From Moniliella sp. 'wahieum' (taxonomy: Eukaryota), in contig RSEE01000160.1 in assembly GCA_003971905.1 (NCBI GenBank), positions 1-64,000 of the forward strand: a stretch of DNA of 64,000 nucleotides, given 5' to 3'. Shown in pieces: positions 1-13,065 of the stretch. The first letter of the stretch is position 1, and each line of letters opens with the position of its first letter. The notes below the pieces were generated by a model. That model saw nothing but the letters and a program-made list of their open reading frames with translations. It had not been told where the DNA came from and did not search any database. A program made the position numbers and the translations under genes.

Positions 1-1482
1 AGAGCATAGACCAAAAGGGGAAACAGGGTCTACTAGAACAAGACAGGGTCCGTCATCTGGTAACATGGGTGACCAGGTGGTTCTGATCCCGACACGTAGA
101 AAGAGGAAGAAGGAGTAAAGGCGAAGGCTCTAAAATAGGAGCACAGATCAAGTCGAGAGGGTTTTCTTTAGGAATACGACCAGCCAAACATGGAAAAGGC
201 CAAATGTAATGGGCAGGTTCCCGCCCTCAGCAACAACCTACACCGCATGAGGGCGGAATTCCGCCACGAAAGCGGACGCCTGGATCAGGACATGGACGTC
301 CAGATCCGGCAGCTCAGTGTGAGCTCACTCTTGCGCTCAAGACCAAAACCAACTGATAGAGGTAGAATCAACCAGTAGGCACTCACAGCTCCCCACAATC
401 TCCTCGTCCTTACGCAAGGGACTCGAGCTTGGTTTAACGCATGCACTTAGTCTAAACGCAGTACCTGGCTTGTCCGGTGAGCCAGCCCGCAGTGACCAAG
501 AGCACCTGCAGAAATACCAGCAGGGTGCATATCCCAAGCACCCGACCCCTCCACACCACCTCAACCATCTGAGGGTGTGTGTTTTTGGCCGGCGATCATC
601 ATGTCCTCCACTCCCACCGCGCTCCAGTAATCAACTTCACGTGCAGTGGACAACAAGAAGGGGAACGCAAGCACACTACCTCGTACTCCGCGGCTTTCGC
701 ACCCATCTCCAGCAATGGACTCAGTCCAATCACTCAACAGCCCATTTGCCGCACATGTCCTTGCCCCCACAACAACCTGAAGCGGTACAACGGCATTTTA
801 AGCGACTTTTTGTGAACCGATGACACCCGTGACACAGAATCGGACGACCGTGTCGTGTCGTTGCCCCAGAGGTCCGCCGCCCTTGGTGACCGCACTTGCC
901 CCAGCTCCGGGCCCCCCAAAGAGCGCGAAAACGTAGAGCGTCAGGCTCGGCTCGCTCCCGAGAAACTACGTCGCCGTTTGGCGTGAGGCCCAGAGTGCCC
1001 ACACGTCGATGTTCGGATGATGAGACGTGCATCAGGTGGTGATGGAGGAGGAGGAGGAGGAAGAGGAGGAGGAGATGGGGCACTCACTTTTCTTCCCCAT
1101 TTGTTGTTTTTTGTTATCTTCTTTGCTCCTGGCCCCGATACCCAAAGCAACGGCTGCAGACTATACACCCCGCGGCTTCTTCCTACATTCTGTCTCACGG
1201 CAAAAAGATTACTGTTGCGCGGTCGGCTTCGTGTGGTGATCCGCCCCAATCACCACCCAAACTTTGGGTTAGGTCCTGACACCCTACTTGACGTGTCAGC
1301 GCACGCTACTACGGAACGAGGTATTCCGTAAAGGGAGCACCGACAGCGCATGCGCGACGATGGTGGACGCACGACGGTAGAAGAAGAGAAAGGATGAACC
1401 ACTTGCGTGAATGAGCAGAGTTACCAGAATTCTCCCTCCCATCTCCTTTATCGTGGCCAGGACTTCACTGATGGAGTTTTAA

Positions 1483-2678
1483 GTGGACCCACTCACTTGG
1501 AGTCGTAACAGTGAACTCACGACGGTTTCGTTCATGCGCGTGGTCGCGCATCCGCGCGGGGTTACAGCCAAAGAAGGGGCCACTGCTCGTACGGCAGAGG
1601 CGGTGATGTGCGAGCAAGATGCTACGTCCCGGGAAGGGCAGACGTACCGGTTTTTTGAAATCGTCCGTACTCGGGCACGGGAGAGGGACAGCAGCTGGGG
1701 TCAACGTGCCCAGGGTTAGACAGGAATGGGAACCAGAGACCGTAGTCAAGCTGAAAGGTTCGACAAGACGCGCGAGATAGTGGATAAGTGAAAGCCAAAA
1801 TACCGAGCTGTGAACAGTGGGTAACATAAAGCGGATGACAAACTGAGAGGCGCAAAGGCGGGGGCGCGGGGGAGCTGGAACATAAGAAACAAATAAATCA
1901 GGCGACTTGCCGACGAATCAATTGACTTTGCGGATGTGGGGACACTAATTTCATAGTTGTGGAGGAACGCGACAAGATATTTCACTCTCATAGGCGGAGG
2001 GCTAAATGGAACCAAAATCATGCATGGATATAATTGGGATAGACAAATAATTGGTAATTCCGTTCTCGCGGGGTACTAAGGAAACAAAAGGACGAGCTGC
2101 GCAACAGCAGTATATCATTGTGGAACTATACGTACGAACGTAAAATACGAAACAGCGAAGAGGTGACAATTAACCCATCTGATCAGTATGGTAGATGTGG
2201 GAGCAAATGAGCAAAAAGCATAGGAATCACAGGGCCTCAGACAAAGAATTGGATCTATGGTCGCGCCCATTATTCACAATCGATTACACACTACATTGAC
2301 GTCAAGCTGTGGTTATAGACCCTCATCTGGGGGTGACACAGTGTAGTAATAGACCCTATGTGGGAGCGACAAAGTGTGATTGGGTTTTTCCAAACAGACG
2401 GTCATGACTGGTACTGGATTCAGCCTTGCACTTGGCCAGATGATTGTGTACCAACGCTTAACAGTGACCAATCATGGCCCGGATATCAATTTCGGAGAAG
2501 TACACCACAAATATCGGATCGGTTCCCCCTCGGGGCGTTGGTTCGCCTAACGCAATGCCCCGCAATGCCCACAAAACCAAACGGCCCTGTGAGCTGGCTT
2601 AATCTGATATTGGATTTCTTTTATGAACTGGGATTGCCCCTTTCGTCGATGTTTCCCCCTCCAGTGTGCAGCAGTTAA
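1483..2678 (+). mobile_element. Degenerate CACTA/CMC-EnSpm-like transposase remnant
   Basis: The frame of ORF 1483..1719 continues through several stops to ...RNATRYFTLIGGGLNGTKIMHGY. An adjacent frame gives ISLWNYTYERKIR (~2113-2150), resembling the H..H...W.(F/Y)..ER C-terminal motif of fungal CMC-EnSpm transposases. The region is relatively AT-rich with many stops. Motif recognition only. Confidence 0.35.
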
Positions 2679-5599
2679 TGAGAGAGGACAGTTGGTTCTG
2701 CCATGAGCAAATCTTTGAGCTGAAAAGAATGCGTGGTACGTAACACTACCTTATCAGACACCATTTCACCCTTAAAATATATGGACAAAACAACAGGATA
2801 GGTCGCGACGATGCGAGCAGTTTCTTGCAATCGCCCGTGGCGCATCATGAAGAAAAGCAGACACAGATCGTCCATTTGAATGCAGCGTAATGTTTGGGGA
2901 ACTGCGACATGAGTTTCTACTGGTGGCAACAGCATCCTTCAGGCATGTGTTCGATTTTCTGGTTCCCAATAAAAAACTATCTTCTGATTAGAGCACATCG
3001 TAATGTAAGGGCATCTAGTAAACTCGTAACCAGAACGAGAAAATATATTTACAACCGATAGACTCGAGAAGACTGCTGCTTCAAACTCATAGGATACTCA
3101 TAAGAAAAAACTTGAAGGGGATTGATGTGGCGTTGATTTGTCAATCAAGATACCAACGTGAGTTGAGGCTGTGTCTACTCGCAATGCATGCGCTATTATT
3201 ACTCGCGCACAAGTCATAGCGGGAATTAAAAATCTATTATGTTAAGAGCCTGATTAATTTCACAATGCACACTACTTTGGACTGAGATACGCTAATAGAT
3301 TACATGTCGATGATATGTATATGCCTGTGGAGCGTCGGAAGACAACAATGCATCAGCTGTTCAAATTGAGTAGAAAGGTCCACTTAAGCCGAAAGCGAAA
3401 ACGAAGGAAATAGGGGAACCAGAAGGATACTCAAAGCAAAAGCGGAAGAAGCATGAAGACTGGGTAGAAGAAAGCAGTCAAAATGAAAGAACTCAGTTGT
3501 ATGTACTAACGAAGACGCATTCAAGTGCAGTGATTTTCATGCCCGGTTTTTATGAGCACCTCCCCACTTAAACTGTAACACTGCTTCCGGCATTGGCACC
3601 AACATACCGAACGGGCATGGGATGCCTCTTTCGGCACCTCTATACTTGCTCTTGTCGTCGACACCCAGTCAAAGGTAAAATGCAAGGCGGCGCAGATGTG
3701 CTAAAATTAGCTATTAGCAGCTCACCCAATAGAAACTTGTATAGAGCACCTAACCCGTCGATTGTAACCCCGCTGCCGCATTCAACAGGTACACAAATGC
3801 ATCTTCCTGTTGAACCACCTCCGGCAGCGCCTCATCTCAACCCCACTCCACCCCGCGTGGGAAAAAAGTCGGCGATTTCTGGAAGCTCTTGGTACTGATT
3901 CTACATGGGCGGAAGAATTTTAAGCTACCCTTTTGTGAAGGTGCACATGCCTTCGATTATGAAGCAGCTGTTCGTTCAGGCGAGTTGCCTCGGTGCTTCT
4001 GTCACAAAGTCCTAATGACTGGCAGAAGAGGGTGACGGTTGTCGACGAATCGTCACGACTGTGTGCAGCATCTGCAAGAGCATGAAAGTGCTCCTCCGTT
4101 GCGCAACCCGAGCGGGGTCATTATCCCAAAGAGATGAAAGGTTCGAAAGCGATTCAAGGTTCTTGGTATTAAAGTTTGTAGGTGTTCGAGTTACTTCGTG
4201 TGAGCCACACACCTAATTCGCTGGGCCTGTCCAATAATGAAAACAACGGAGGTGGAGGACAAAGAGACAACAAGTCAAGCAGGTCAAAAGTGACTTTCAT
4301 GGCGCCATACTCTTTTAACCCGTTCTAATCCTCGTGGCCGCCCCTTTGAAATATTTGCTGCCCAGGATCAGAGCAGCATTAAGGGGACCACAACGATAGG
4401 GGGCTCAATGCCCAGGGTTTTGAGGAATATCTCCTGCGTGAGGTCGGAAGAATGAACGCACGGTATGATCGTGCTTCGGCTTTTTGGTGAATCCGAGTGG
4501 GGGTCGGGACAAAGAAGAAGCCTCTTCACATACAGTGGAGGCGACTGCGTATGTGGAAACACTATGTAGGCCCTGTGCCCTGCATGTGCAGTAAGGGCCC
4601 AGAGGAGGACGAATATGACCCGAGCTTGAACTGCGGCGGGAGCTGTCCCGTATCGGCGATAAAGTCGACTTGCACCGCCACCTCTACCCCCTATCCTTGC
4701 TCTCGCGTCTCAAATTCTCTTCTTCTATCACTATACACAGTTCCCCCCTTTTTACTTTGTAAACCTGTTTAGTGGCCTCACTCCTTCTCTCCTTTTTTTA
4801 TTGTCGCACGGATACGTGGACCTGTACGCAATCGATGCAAGGCCCTTGTGCTCTTCTGCACATCAAAACACTGAACAGGGTCTGGATGCTCGGCACGCCC
4901 CTCCTTCCATTTTCGTCGTTGGTCATGTCATCGCCCAATGCGGCTCTTGCTCGCACACCCCCCTTCCTTCGAGCGACTGAGAAGCCAGCCAAACCTCGTC
5001 TCATTCGCGTGTCCCTCCTTCGTTCTTCAGTTATTGGAATTCCCAGTCCACTCAAGCCTTCTTGGAAGGTGAGAAACGGGAGGTGGTGTACTGGCTCTTT
5101 TGGCCCACCGTCCAATATTTCTCCCCACCGCTGCTTGTGGGTATATGGGGTTGGAAGGAGATCGGCGTGCTCCTGTGACTTGGCAGCTAGAGGTCACCCC
5201 TCAGAGCAACCCATCTCCAATGAGGCTGTTTCCAATAAGATGCTTCAATTGCTCAAAACATCTATCTAGTTAGCTTTCTGGTGGGGTGATATCAGCCCAA
5301 CTAACTGGCCCGGCCGTAGGTTCGATGGCCATCTCCGTCAAGTTCTCCTATGTTGGATTCTTAACACGTTCTTCTTCGCTATTAAAAGCCATGTTGCATT
5401 CTACGCTGCGGTGCGTCGAGCCGCACCCTCTGTCACTTCGCGGGCACTACATTGGCGGGAGCCTCCGGGGCGCTATACGAATTGACAGTACGAATGGGAG
5501 AGGAGGTTGGCCAACAACCTTCGAAATAGTTATTGTTGAAAGAGGGAGCGACGGGAAGTCAACTACGCGAGGAGGACCGTTGTTGACCCATTCCATGCT

Positions 5600-6545
5600 T
5601 TGGTAATCCCTTTCCTTCTGGACAGATCACCAATATAGAAAGGGCTCCTTATCAGCAAAGTTTTGGATTCTGGCCGACGCTTTCATGGCTGTGTTTCCCT
5701 TTCGGAGGCGTGCGCGGCCTTGTATAACACACCGTACTAGCCAGAAGGCGCATAACAACTTTCCTGTGAGACTTCCTCGGAAGGTCTTCTCACCACCTTT
5801 GCTGTTCTCCCAGATCCCCCCCAAACACTTCTTGTTCATATCAAAGCCTGGCGCACACCCACAATTCGAGAGTGGATGATGGCTGCAACTCGTGAGGCTG
5901 ATGAACTCCGACCATTGGATTAATCACTCTGTACAAAAAGGATGGGAAAGCTTATATTCAAAGTGCTCAGAACGTACCACCATCTCACACTTCCGACAAC
6001 GCATGCTAGACCAGGCCAGGTCCAAAAACACCCTTGACAGAACTTGAACTAACTGTGCGTCGCTACCGAAAAGATCCAAAGCTGTGGTCTGGCACAAAGT
6101 TAAGGTCTATAAGACCTCGAGAGTGGATGCCAGTTGCCCACGGAAAGACGCGGTCAAGTCCGCGAGTATTGCTTTCGACCTTACTGCCATCAGGATATAG
6201 GAATACACATACTGCAGCTGCCTGCACCATGTCTGTTGATCGCAATCCGTTCAATGAACCAAAAGAAATGTGTCAACAGTACCTTTTTAGGAAAACTTGC
6301 ATGCTTGCCCGGCGAATGATTGTGGCCAGTGACCGTGTGACATGAACTCCAACATGAAGAATCGTTCGAAATATACGGGCGTGGGTTGGACATGGAAATC
6401 CTTCGAAACAGTAGTGTTTTACTTACGGGTTGTAGTTGGGTAATACGAGGAGCGAGTAGTGCGGATACTAGTAGTGATGAGCGGCTCGAGAAAATCAATT
6501 TGAAGAGGCGAACCGGACAAGCGACTTCCGTCAGCAGGCTGACCC
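5600..6545 (-). mobile_element. Degenerate non-LTR retrotransposon (LINE) 3' fragment, interrupted by a solo LTR
   Basis: The minus strand gives CRKCEMVVRSEHF (~5960-6005; CxxC..H zinc-knuckle-like). Downstream is LLCAFWLVRC (ORF 5627..5839), like the W..R(N/C) motif at LINE ORF2 C-termini. No RT core motif was recognised. Confidence 0.3.
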
Positions 6546-7412
6546 TGTCACGGGCTGCGGCGGACACGAGATGGTCCGACCCAAGCTAAGGCCCGCCTGC
6601 TCCGCACATGCCCAGTAGAGCGTGCTCAGCAGGCCAACCAAGTGTGATGATGGTTGGCTAGTAAATTAAGCATCGTGGCCGAAGGGCCATGCATCCGCGC
6701 GGCAATAGTCGCCCCCCGCCCAAGTCCAGGTCAGCCGGCCTAAATAAGGCCACCGAGCTTCCAGTGCCGTGGCGACGTCTGTCGCCCCGGCCCCGTTTCC
6801 ATTTCCTTTCTCGGTCGCGCCTGCGGCGACCACCCCGCTTTTGACATGTCTTCCTTTCTACACCCCCTCTTGTATCCGTTTCCCTTTTGATCCTGCCTGT
6901 ACCCCTGGTCGATGGGGATCTTTTCCCCCACCTTCCATTCTCGGCATCTCTCGTCTCAACCCCTCGTCTACCCTCTCGCCTATCCTGTCCGACTCCTGCC
7001 CGTTTTCCAGACAATTGATCCAGTACAGGCAGCCTACTTTTGTTAGCGTCCGACTCTCCAATCTCGTCCTCCAGCCATTCGTCAGTCCAGTCGCGCGAGC
7101 CCTCCTCTGGCCGCGTCGATTTCCAGTTTCAGTTGAGGCAGTGTTTGTCCGCCGCTGTCTCCTCCTCCCGTCCCTAAGTCCCGGAGGCTTCAGACACGTT
7201 ACTACGGCCCAAGCCGGTGCAGACGCAGCCTTGCCACACGGGCAGCCGCCCCACCAAAGCCCTCTCTAACCTCTCCTCGTCCCTAGCTTCGCTCGGACAC
7301 ACCAACCAGCCTATAAGCCCGAAACTACCGTGAGTCGTCCCTACCGTCTCTAAGGGATTTTGTACCCCAAAAAACCCCAGGGCGGGTCCCCTGGCGGCGC
7401 CCGCCCGTGACA
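6546..7412. mobile_element. Solo LTR (867 bp) with perfect termini and 5-bp TSD
   Basis: Starts TGTCACGGGC (6546) and ends GCCCGTGACA (7412), a perfect 10-bp terminal inverted repeat with TG...CA ends. It is flanked on both sides by GACCC (6541-6545 and 7413-7417). Confidence 0.85.
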
Positions 7413-8373
7413 GACCCAGGCCTCACTGAGGCCTCACGCTCTGATTGTGACCCAATACACCCACCCGACCGCGGTATGGGTTTTTTCCCGTCTCCTGCGA
7501 TCGATCCGCCCAGATAATAGCCTCTAACCGTGCTCTGGTCAAAGGGGGCAAGGAACGGGATGCCCGAGGTGTCACCGAATGACTAAGCTCGCTCCAATTT
7601 CGAATTCTGCATCCTGTGTCTCTTGCTCTTCCCTTCCCTTTGCTTCGTTCTCTCCCGATGCCTTCTGTTCCTCCCACGAACGATCGTGCCTTTTCCCCGC
7701 CTCTGAAAGGACCTTGGCTCCCTTTCGTTTGGTCCCGACTGTTACGCCACTGCACAAGCATAACGACACTCCGACTCTTCTCGATCGCAGTGGGCTATTC
7801 ATAGAGGACATTTGGAAAGTACTGGGGACGTCGCCTTGCCCGGAGGTGGGCTCGGCGCAGCACCTCACGATGCCTTGCTCAGCAGCCCATCTCACACCAT
7901 CCACGCATCTCTTATTGACACACTGGGGACACTCTTCACGCTTCTTATTGGGAACTCTTGAGAGTGGGACACCGTCAAGCGATTGAAACAGTTAGTCTCT
8001 TGTTAATTGCTCTTGCTTCAATGAACTTCAAGCTTCAGCCCCCGTGCCTCTCTCTCTCATCAAGGCATCCTCTAAAGCAGGGGGGCGTGTTTTTGGCGGT
8101 GCAAAACCCCAGAAAAGACATCATGGAACATTGCATATACATATGCATTCTAGCCACAGTGGTAATTGGTAAAGAAACCATGTCCCAATGAACATGCCGT
8201 GGATCAAGCTTCAAGCGAACGTAGTGAACAGAACCCCCCACACACAGCAAAAATCAAAAAGCAAAACGCAAAACGCAGCGACGCGATCTGTAACGAACAG
8301 GATGGAAAAAAGACTACAGTCAACTCAGCCGTCACCGCCGCGTCGCGGTCCATCGTCCCAGGAGGTGGCTTTT

Positions 8374-11065
8374 TCAGGGTGGCTCTGAGGCCAGGGGGGT
8401 GAGATAAATCCGGCCTGGGCGGGATCGGTTGCGGAGCAGAGTCCAAGCGGAGGTGGAGGTTGTGCCGGGCATGGTGTGGGTGGGAGGGTGGGAAGGGGGC
8501 AAGGCTAAAGGTAAGGGTAAGGAAGTAGGCGCCAAGGGTGGTTGTCGCGTACGAATCGGAGTAGAACCCGATGGCGTAGGGGGAACAGGAGGGGCAGTGT
8601 AATGTGGAGGGTGCAAGGCCGGGCAAGAAGGAGGAACGTGAAGAGAAGAGCTTGGTTCCAGACGTTGTGAGCGCAACGTCGAGGCGACCAAGTGGTCGAG
8701 CTGGTCAGGTGTCGTGCCCGGAGGGACCACCGAGGCGAGCAAAGTGCGGACGCCATGTAGCGTGCCGTCGGATTGCAATATGGCCTTTCCGGTCCAGGTG
8801 GGGTGAGTGCCATGCTCTGGGCCGAGGGTGACAGTGGCGCGGTAGAGGAGCTGCTTGGTGTGGTGCTGTCCGACCAAGGTGTGGGCCGAGACGAGGTGGA
8901 GCGTAGTCAGGACCTGGTCGCGGTACGGAAGAAGGTCCAAGTAAACTACCGGCCGGGTGACGGAAGAGGCGAGGAGAAGGGTGATAGTAGGAAGGAGGAT
9001 AGGTGAGTTGAGCCAAGAGGGTAGGTGGCCGATGGGATCGTGGGGTAGGACAGGTCACTGCGATTCAAATGTTGTGAGTCAGTTTATCTCTGTGGCAGAT
9101 TTTTAGGCAAGGAGGGAGGGGGGCGAAGACACAGTCGCAGACGACAGAAACGCAACAGAGAACGAACGACGGTGGAAGGGGGGGTAAGACCAACCGTAAG
9201 AAGCGTCCATCAAAAAGAAACTTGCCGTCGTTGTCTTGCTGACCGAGAGCTGTGTTCCACACCACATCCCCTCGCCGAAGGAATGGCCAGACACCAGAAC
9301 GGTACAGTTCCTTTTCGCACGCTGCGAGTTCGTCATCCGATAGCCATCCCGCGTCCCACTCCTTGCCCGGCACCCACACTCGGAAGCACCCTGCCCTCCC
9401 GGGCTTCCAAGGCGCAGGCACGGGTCCCGGCACTTGTGAGCCCGCGACCATGTTGGCAGCTCGTCCATATGCAGACCGCGGGTTACCTTCTCCTCCTCCT
9501 CATCTTTCCTTTCCCCATTTCCCTGCTGCTTTAACGGGGCAAACGACTCGTCCTGCAAGCGTAAGCGCGCAAGGACTCGATTGTAAGCGCGCGTGCTAGC
9601 CCGGGCCAACTGCGGCACGCGCGGATCCAAACGGGGGCCATCCGACGTGGCACCCGAAAGGAAGTGAATAGCTGCCGTCTTGTATTCTGTTACCAAATCT
9701 TGAACAATCAAGAACCCCTCCACATCTTTCAATGGAGCGGAGCGGGTCGTGCTGATAGGGCGCATGAGGCCGCTGCGTGATGGGCACGGTGGCCAGGCAC
9801 GGTATCCCACCGGAGCGAGAAAACGATGGAGAATGGCGGAGCGACCCTGCTCGCTGTGCAGGTAGGTGCGAAGTGCGGTACAGGTATGGGACAAACTTTT
9901 GACTTCCATCACGGTGAGGTGTTGGAGTAGGGTGCGCAGAACGCGCGTGGACGGATGGGTAAGCGCCTGGGCAAAGCATCGCTGAATGGTCTTGGTCCGC
10001 TTGGCGCTTCTGCTCCTATCTTGGCAGAGGAGCAATGGAAAGGGGAAACGTCTCGCGCTTGGTGAGCCTGGCATGCGCTTGGGTCCTTGCGTTTCTTTTT
10101 GTCCTTCGTAGGACGAGAAGAAGACGATAGGGTCGGGGACGATGCTTAATGGGTTCATTCTTGCCTTGTCCGTCGGGGTTCTCTTCCCTAGCCTCTATCC
10201 GGCTTGGGTGCAAAACCCTGTTCCCCGCCCGAAGACTGCTTGTGGCTCTGCTCTGCTCTTCCCTGGTTCACGGGAGGTACCGCGTGGGGTTCGGCACACT
10301 TCTTCCCCGGCTCGGTCAAACGTACGCAGGGGCAAACCGACTGCGTCGCCTCCGCCCTTCTGTCTGGGGGTAGGAGCAGAGCAGAAGATGGGAACCAAGA
10401 GGTCATGTAATTCAGGAACAGGAGAAAGAGGAGGAGAATGCGGAGGAGGAGGCACAACATCCGAGACCGAGGTGGGAAGTAGGTGATCCGCTTGTACCCA
10501 AGTTGGGCCATGTGAACAAGAGGATGGTAGGGAGGGAACTAGCTCTGTAGAGAGAGGGTGCTTGCTCAGTGGCGCAGAGCGTGGTCTGTGTGGGTGGCGA
10601 TGGGTCGGCGGATGGGTCGGGACGGGGAGCGGGAGCGACGGGGGGGTCTAAAGAGCAACTGATCCAGCGCGCATCTTGGTGGCTCGAGGGAGTGGGACAT
10701 GGAGTGGAATGGCGCAGGCGGGGTGGCAGCTGGGGAAACGTCAGGGACAAAGGGCTGGTGGGGGCGCAAGACGTGGGATGGGGCGGTGTGGGCGGCGGTG
10801 CGTGGGAGGTGGTGCTCTGTTGGCAGGAGAGGAGGCACGAGGTGGTGGTAGGTGTGGTCGGGGATAGGTTGGAGACTGCTCAAGGCAGGTGCTTGCGGTG
10901 CGGTCTGTTGTAGACGGGGGGCGTGGAGATGGTTGTTGTGGGCTGAATGCGGGTGGGAAGGGCGCAGAGACAGGTAAGGGAGGGGACAGGCGAAGACGAA
11001 GAAGAAGACGAGGAGGCTGCGGCTGGACGCGTGCTGGTGCGCCGCGTGGGGATGGCTGCGGACAT
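8374..11065 (-). CDS. Conserved basidiomycete hypothetical protein with F-box-like motif (frameshifted, 1+ intron)
   Basis: Stitched ORFs 9103..10158, 9065..9451 and 8374..8940 give VLRTLLQHLTVMEVKSLSHTCTALR (F-box-like), GRAGCFRVWVP...WLSDDELAACEKELYRSG...LRRGDVVWNTA, PPSYYH and WTLLRNRSRPGRIYL. The N-terminus is Pro/Ser-rich; start approximate. Confidence 0.6.
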
Positions 11066-13065
11066 GGGAGAGAGGGAGGGTGTGGATCCACGAGGGAGAG
11101 AGAAGGATGAAGGGGAAGGAGGGGGGGGGAGGGGGGAAAAGGGAGAAAGGAGGGGGGGGATATTATATTGCCTTGCTCCGTGGCTGCCCGCATGTACGCG
11201 TGAAGCGTCGTCAAGCTCCAAGGGAAGCGGGGGCGGGGGGTGGATGAGGTAAGGCCAGCGTTACGTAACAACACGTGACGAGGGGGTGCGGCAGAAACAA
11301 AGAGGTTCTAAGACGTCTCCCCGACGTGACATGTGCCTAGTGACTAGTGAGCGCATTAGGCGATGTATGATGAACGTACGTTGAACATTGAACAATTGTT
11401 TCATCCAATGCTGCTTGGGTCAGAGCGCTAACCCTACCCCAAGTCTCACACTGAGTAATCAGGTAACCGGTGACTGGTGCCTTGTGCCCAGTAACCTGAC
11501 CAGGGTTGCACCTGGACCGGGACCACGCTCGGTCCGTTCGGGTGTGGGGGGGGAGTTGATAATCAGCCGCAGTGGGAGGGGGTGGTATCTATCAGACCAT
11601 TAGCGCATTCGCCATGGCCGATAGTGGGAGCGTAGTGCGAGTGCATAGATCACAGGGTGGATAGAGGTAGGGGATAGTGGATAGTGGATAGGGTGACCGG
11701 GTGACCGGGGAGTCTGAGAAGGCAACTGGTGATGGTGATGCGGTGATGCGGAGACAGGGGCCACCTGCCACCCCGAGGGGGGCGCGTGGCGAGAGAGGGC
11801 GCCAAGCTTGAAGCGGAAGCACATGGGGCCGGGGAATAGACATGCTGTGTGTTGCCTGCTGGATGTATCGCAGAGGGAGGGTAGGGGCAAGGGTGAGAGC
11901 CTAGAGAGAGAGCGTGTGCGAGGCGCCAAAGCAGGTGCAACGTGCATGCCAAGGCAGGCTGTTTCTGACGGGCGAGCGCACAGGCGAGGCGAGGGAGCTT
12001 GGAGGGAGGGTGGAGGGTGGAGGAGGGAGGGAGCATAGACTTCTACTAGTAACCGGTTAACTTACCAGTGTGGTAAAAATCAGTCATCATCACCGGCACC
12101 GGCGTTTTGCACAGGAGCGTCTTGGCAGCCTTTCTACGCACAGGCAGCGGTAGGTTGAGCCTCAACGTTGAGTACGAGTGCGCCACGCCAGCTCCGCGGG
12201 CGACCGCGCCACGTGAGGGAGGCAGGCAGAAGGGCATTGGGAATGTCACATGCCCGTCTACCGCGCACAGCCAGCAGCCAGGAGCGCTGTGCCTGTGTGC
12301 CTGCATATGCATGCACTTTCCTTCGAGGGGGGAGCGGCAAGCGCACGAGCTACTCTTTCGGGCAATGAGGCACGGGGCGAGCCACCGCAGCACACTGGTC
12401 GCTGCGAGGGGCGGCACGGGGCGACTGTCGGGCCTGCTCGATAAGTCGATAACCCGGCCAAATTCACCACGTGATAGCGGCGCACTGCCCCCCTGGGGCC
12501 CAGGAACGGCGCTGGCGCACCGCCAGAGTCAATGTGGCACACGACACTGCCCAAGGGCGCACGGGGCGAGTGTGGGCTGGACCGCATTGCCTGTCTCTGG
12601 CTGGCTTTTTGGCTGGTTTTAGGGCTTACTGGCCGTCTGCTGCGCTCCTTCCTCACAGGGGCCACATGGACCCAGTCCGCCGTCTCATCACGCGTCACGT
12701 CCCAGCCTAGCGTCTAGCCCAGCCCAGGCCCCGCACCGCCTCACTCTTCCCTCTGCACGCGCTTTTTTGCATCCGTCTTTTATCCCTTGTTGCCTGCGTC
12801 CGTGTCGCCACCACCACCCCTCCTCCGTCTCTCTCTCCCACCCACCATCTCCCATGGCCAGCGCGCCTGTCCCCACGTCCCTCGTACGTCCTCTTACCCT
12901 TCCCCGTGTCGTGCCGTGCCATGCCGTGCCGTGAAGCTCACACCTACGCTCTGGTGCTTGTGCCCGTAGCCCGCAGGGCCGACGGCAGACGTCAACTCGA
13001 TCGAGCCGCAGCCGTACTACCAACCCCCGCGCCACGCTGGCGAGAGCGACAAGGACTCGTCTGAG

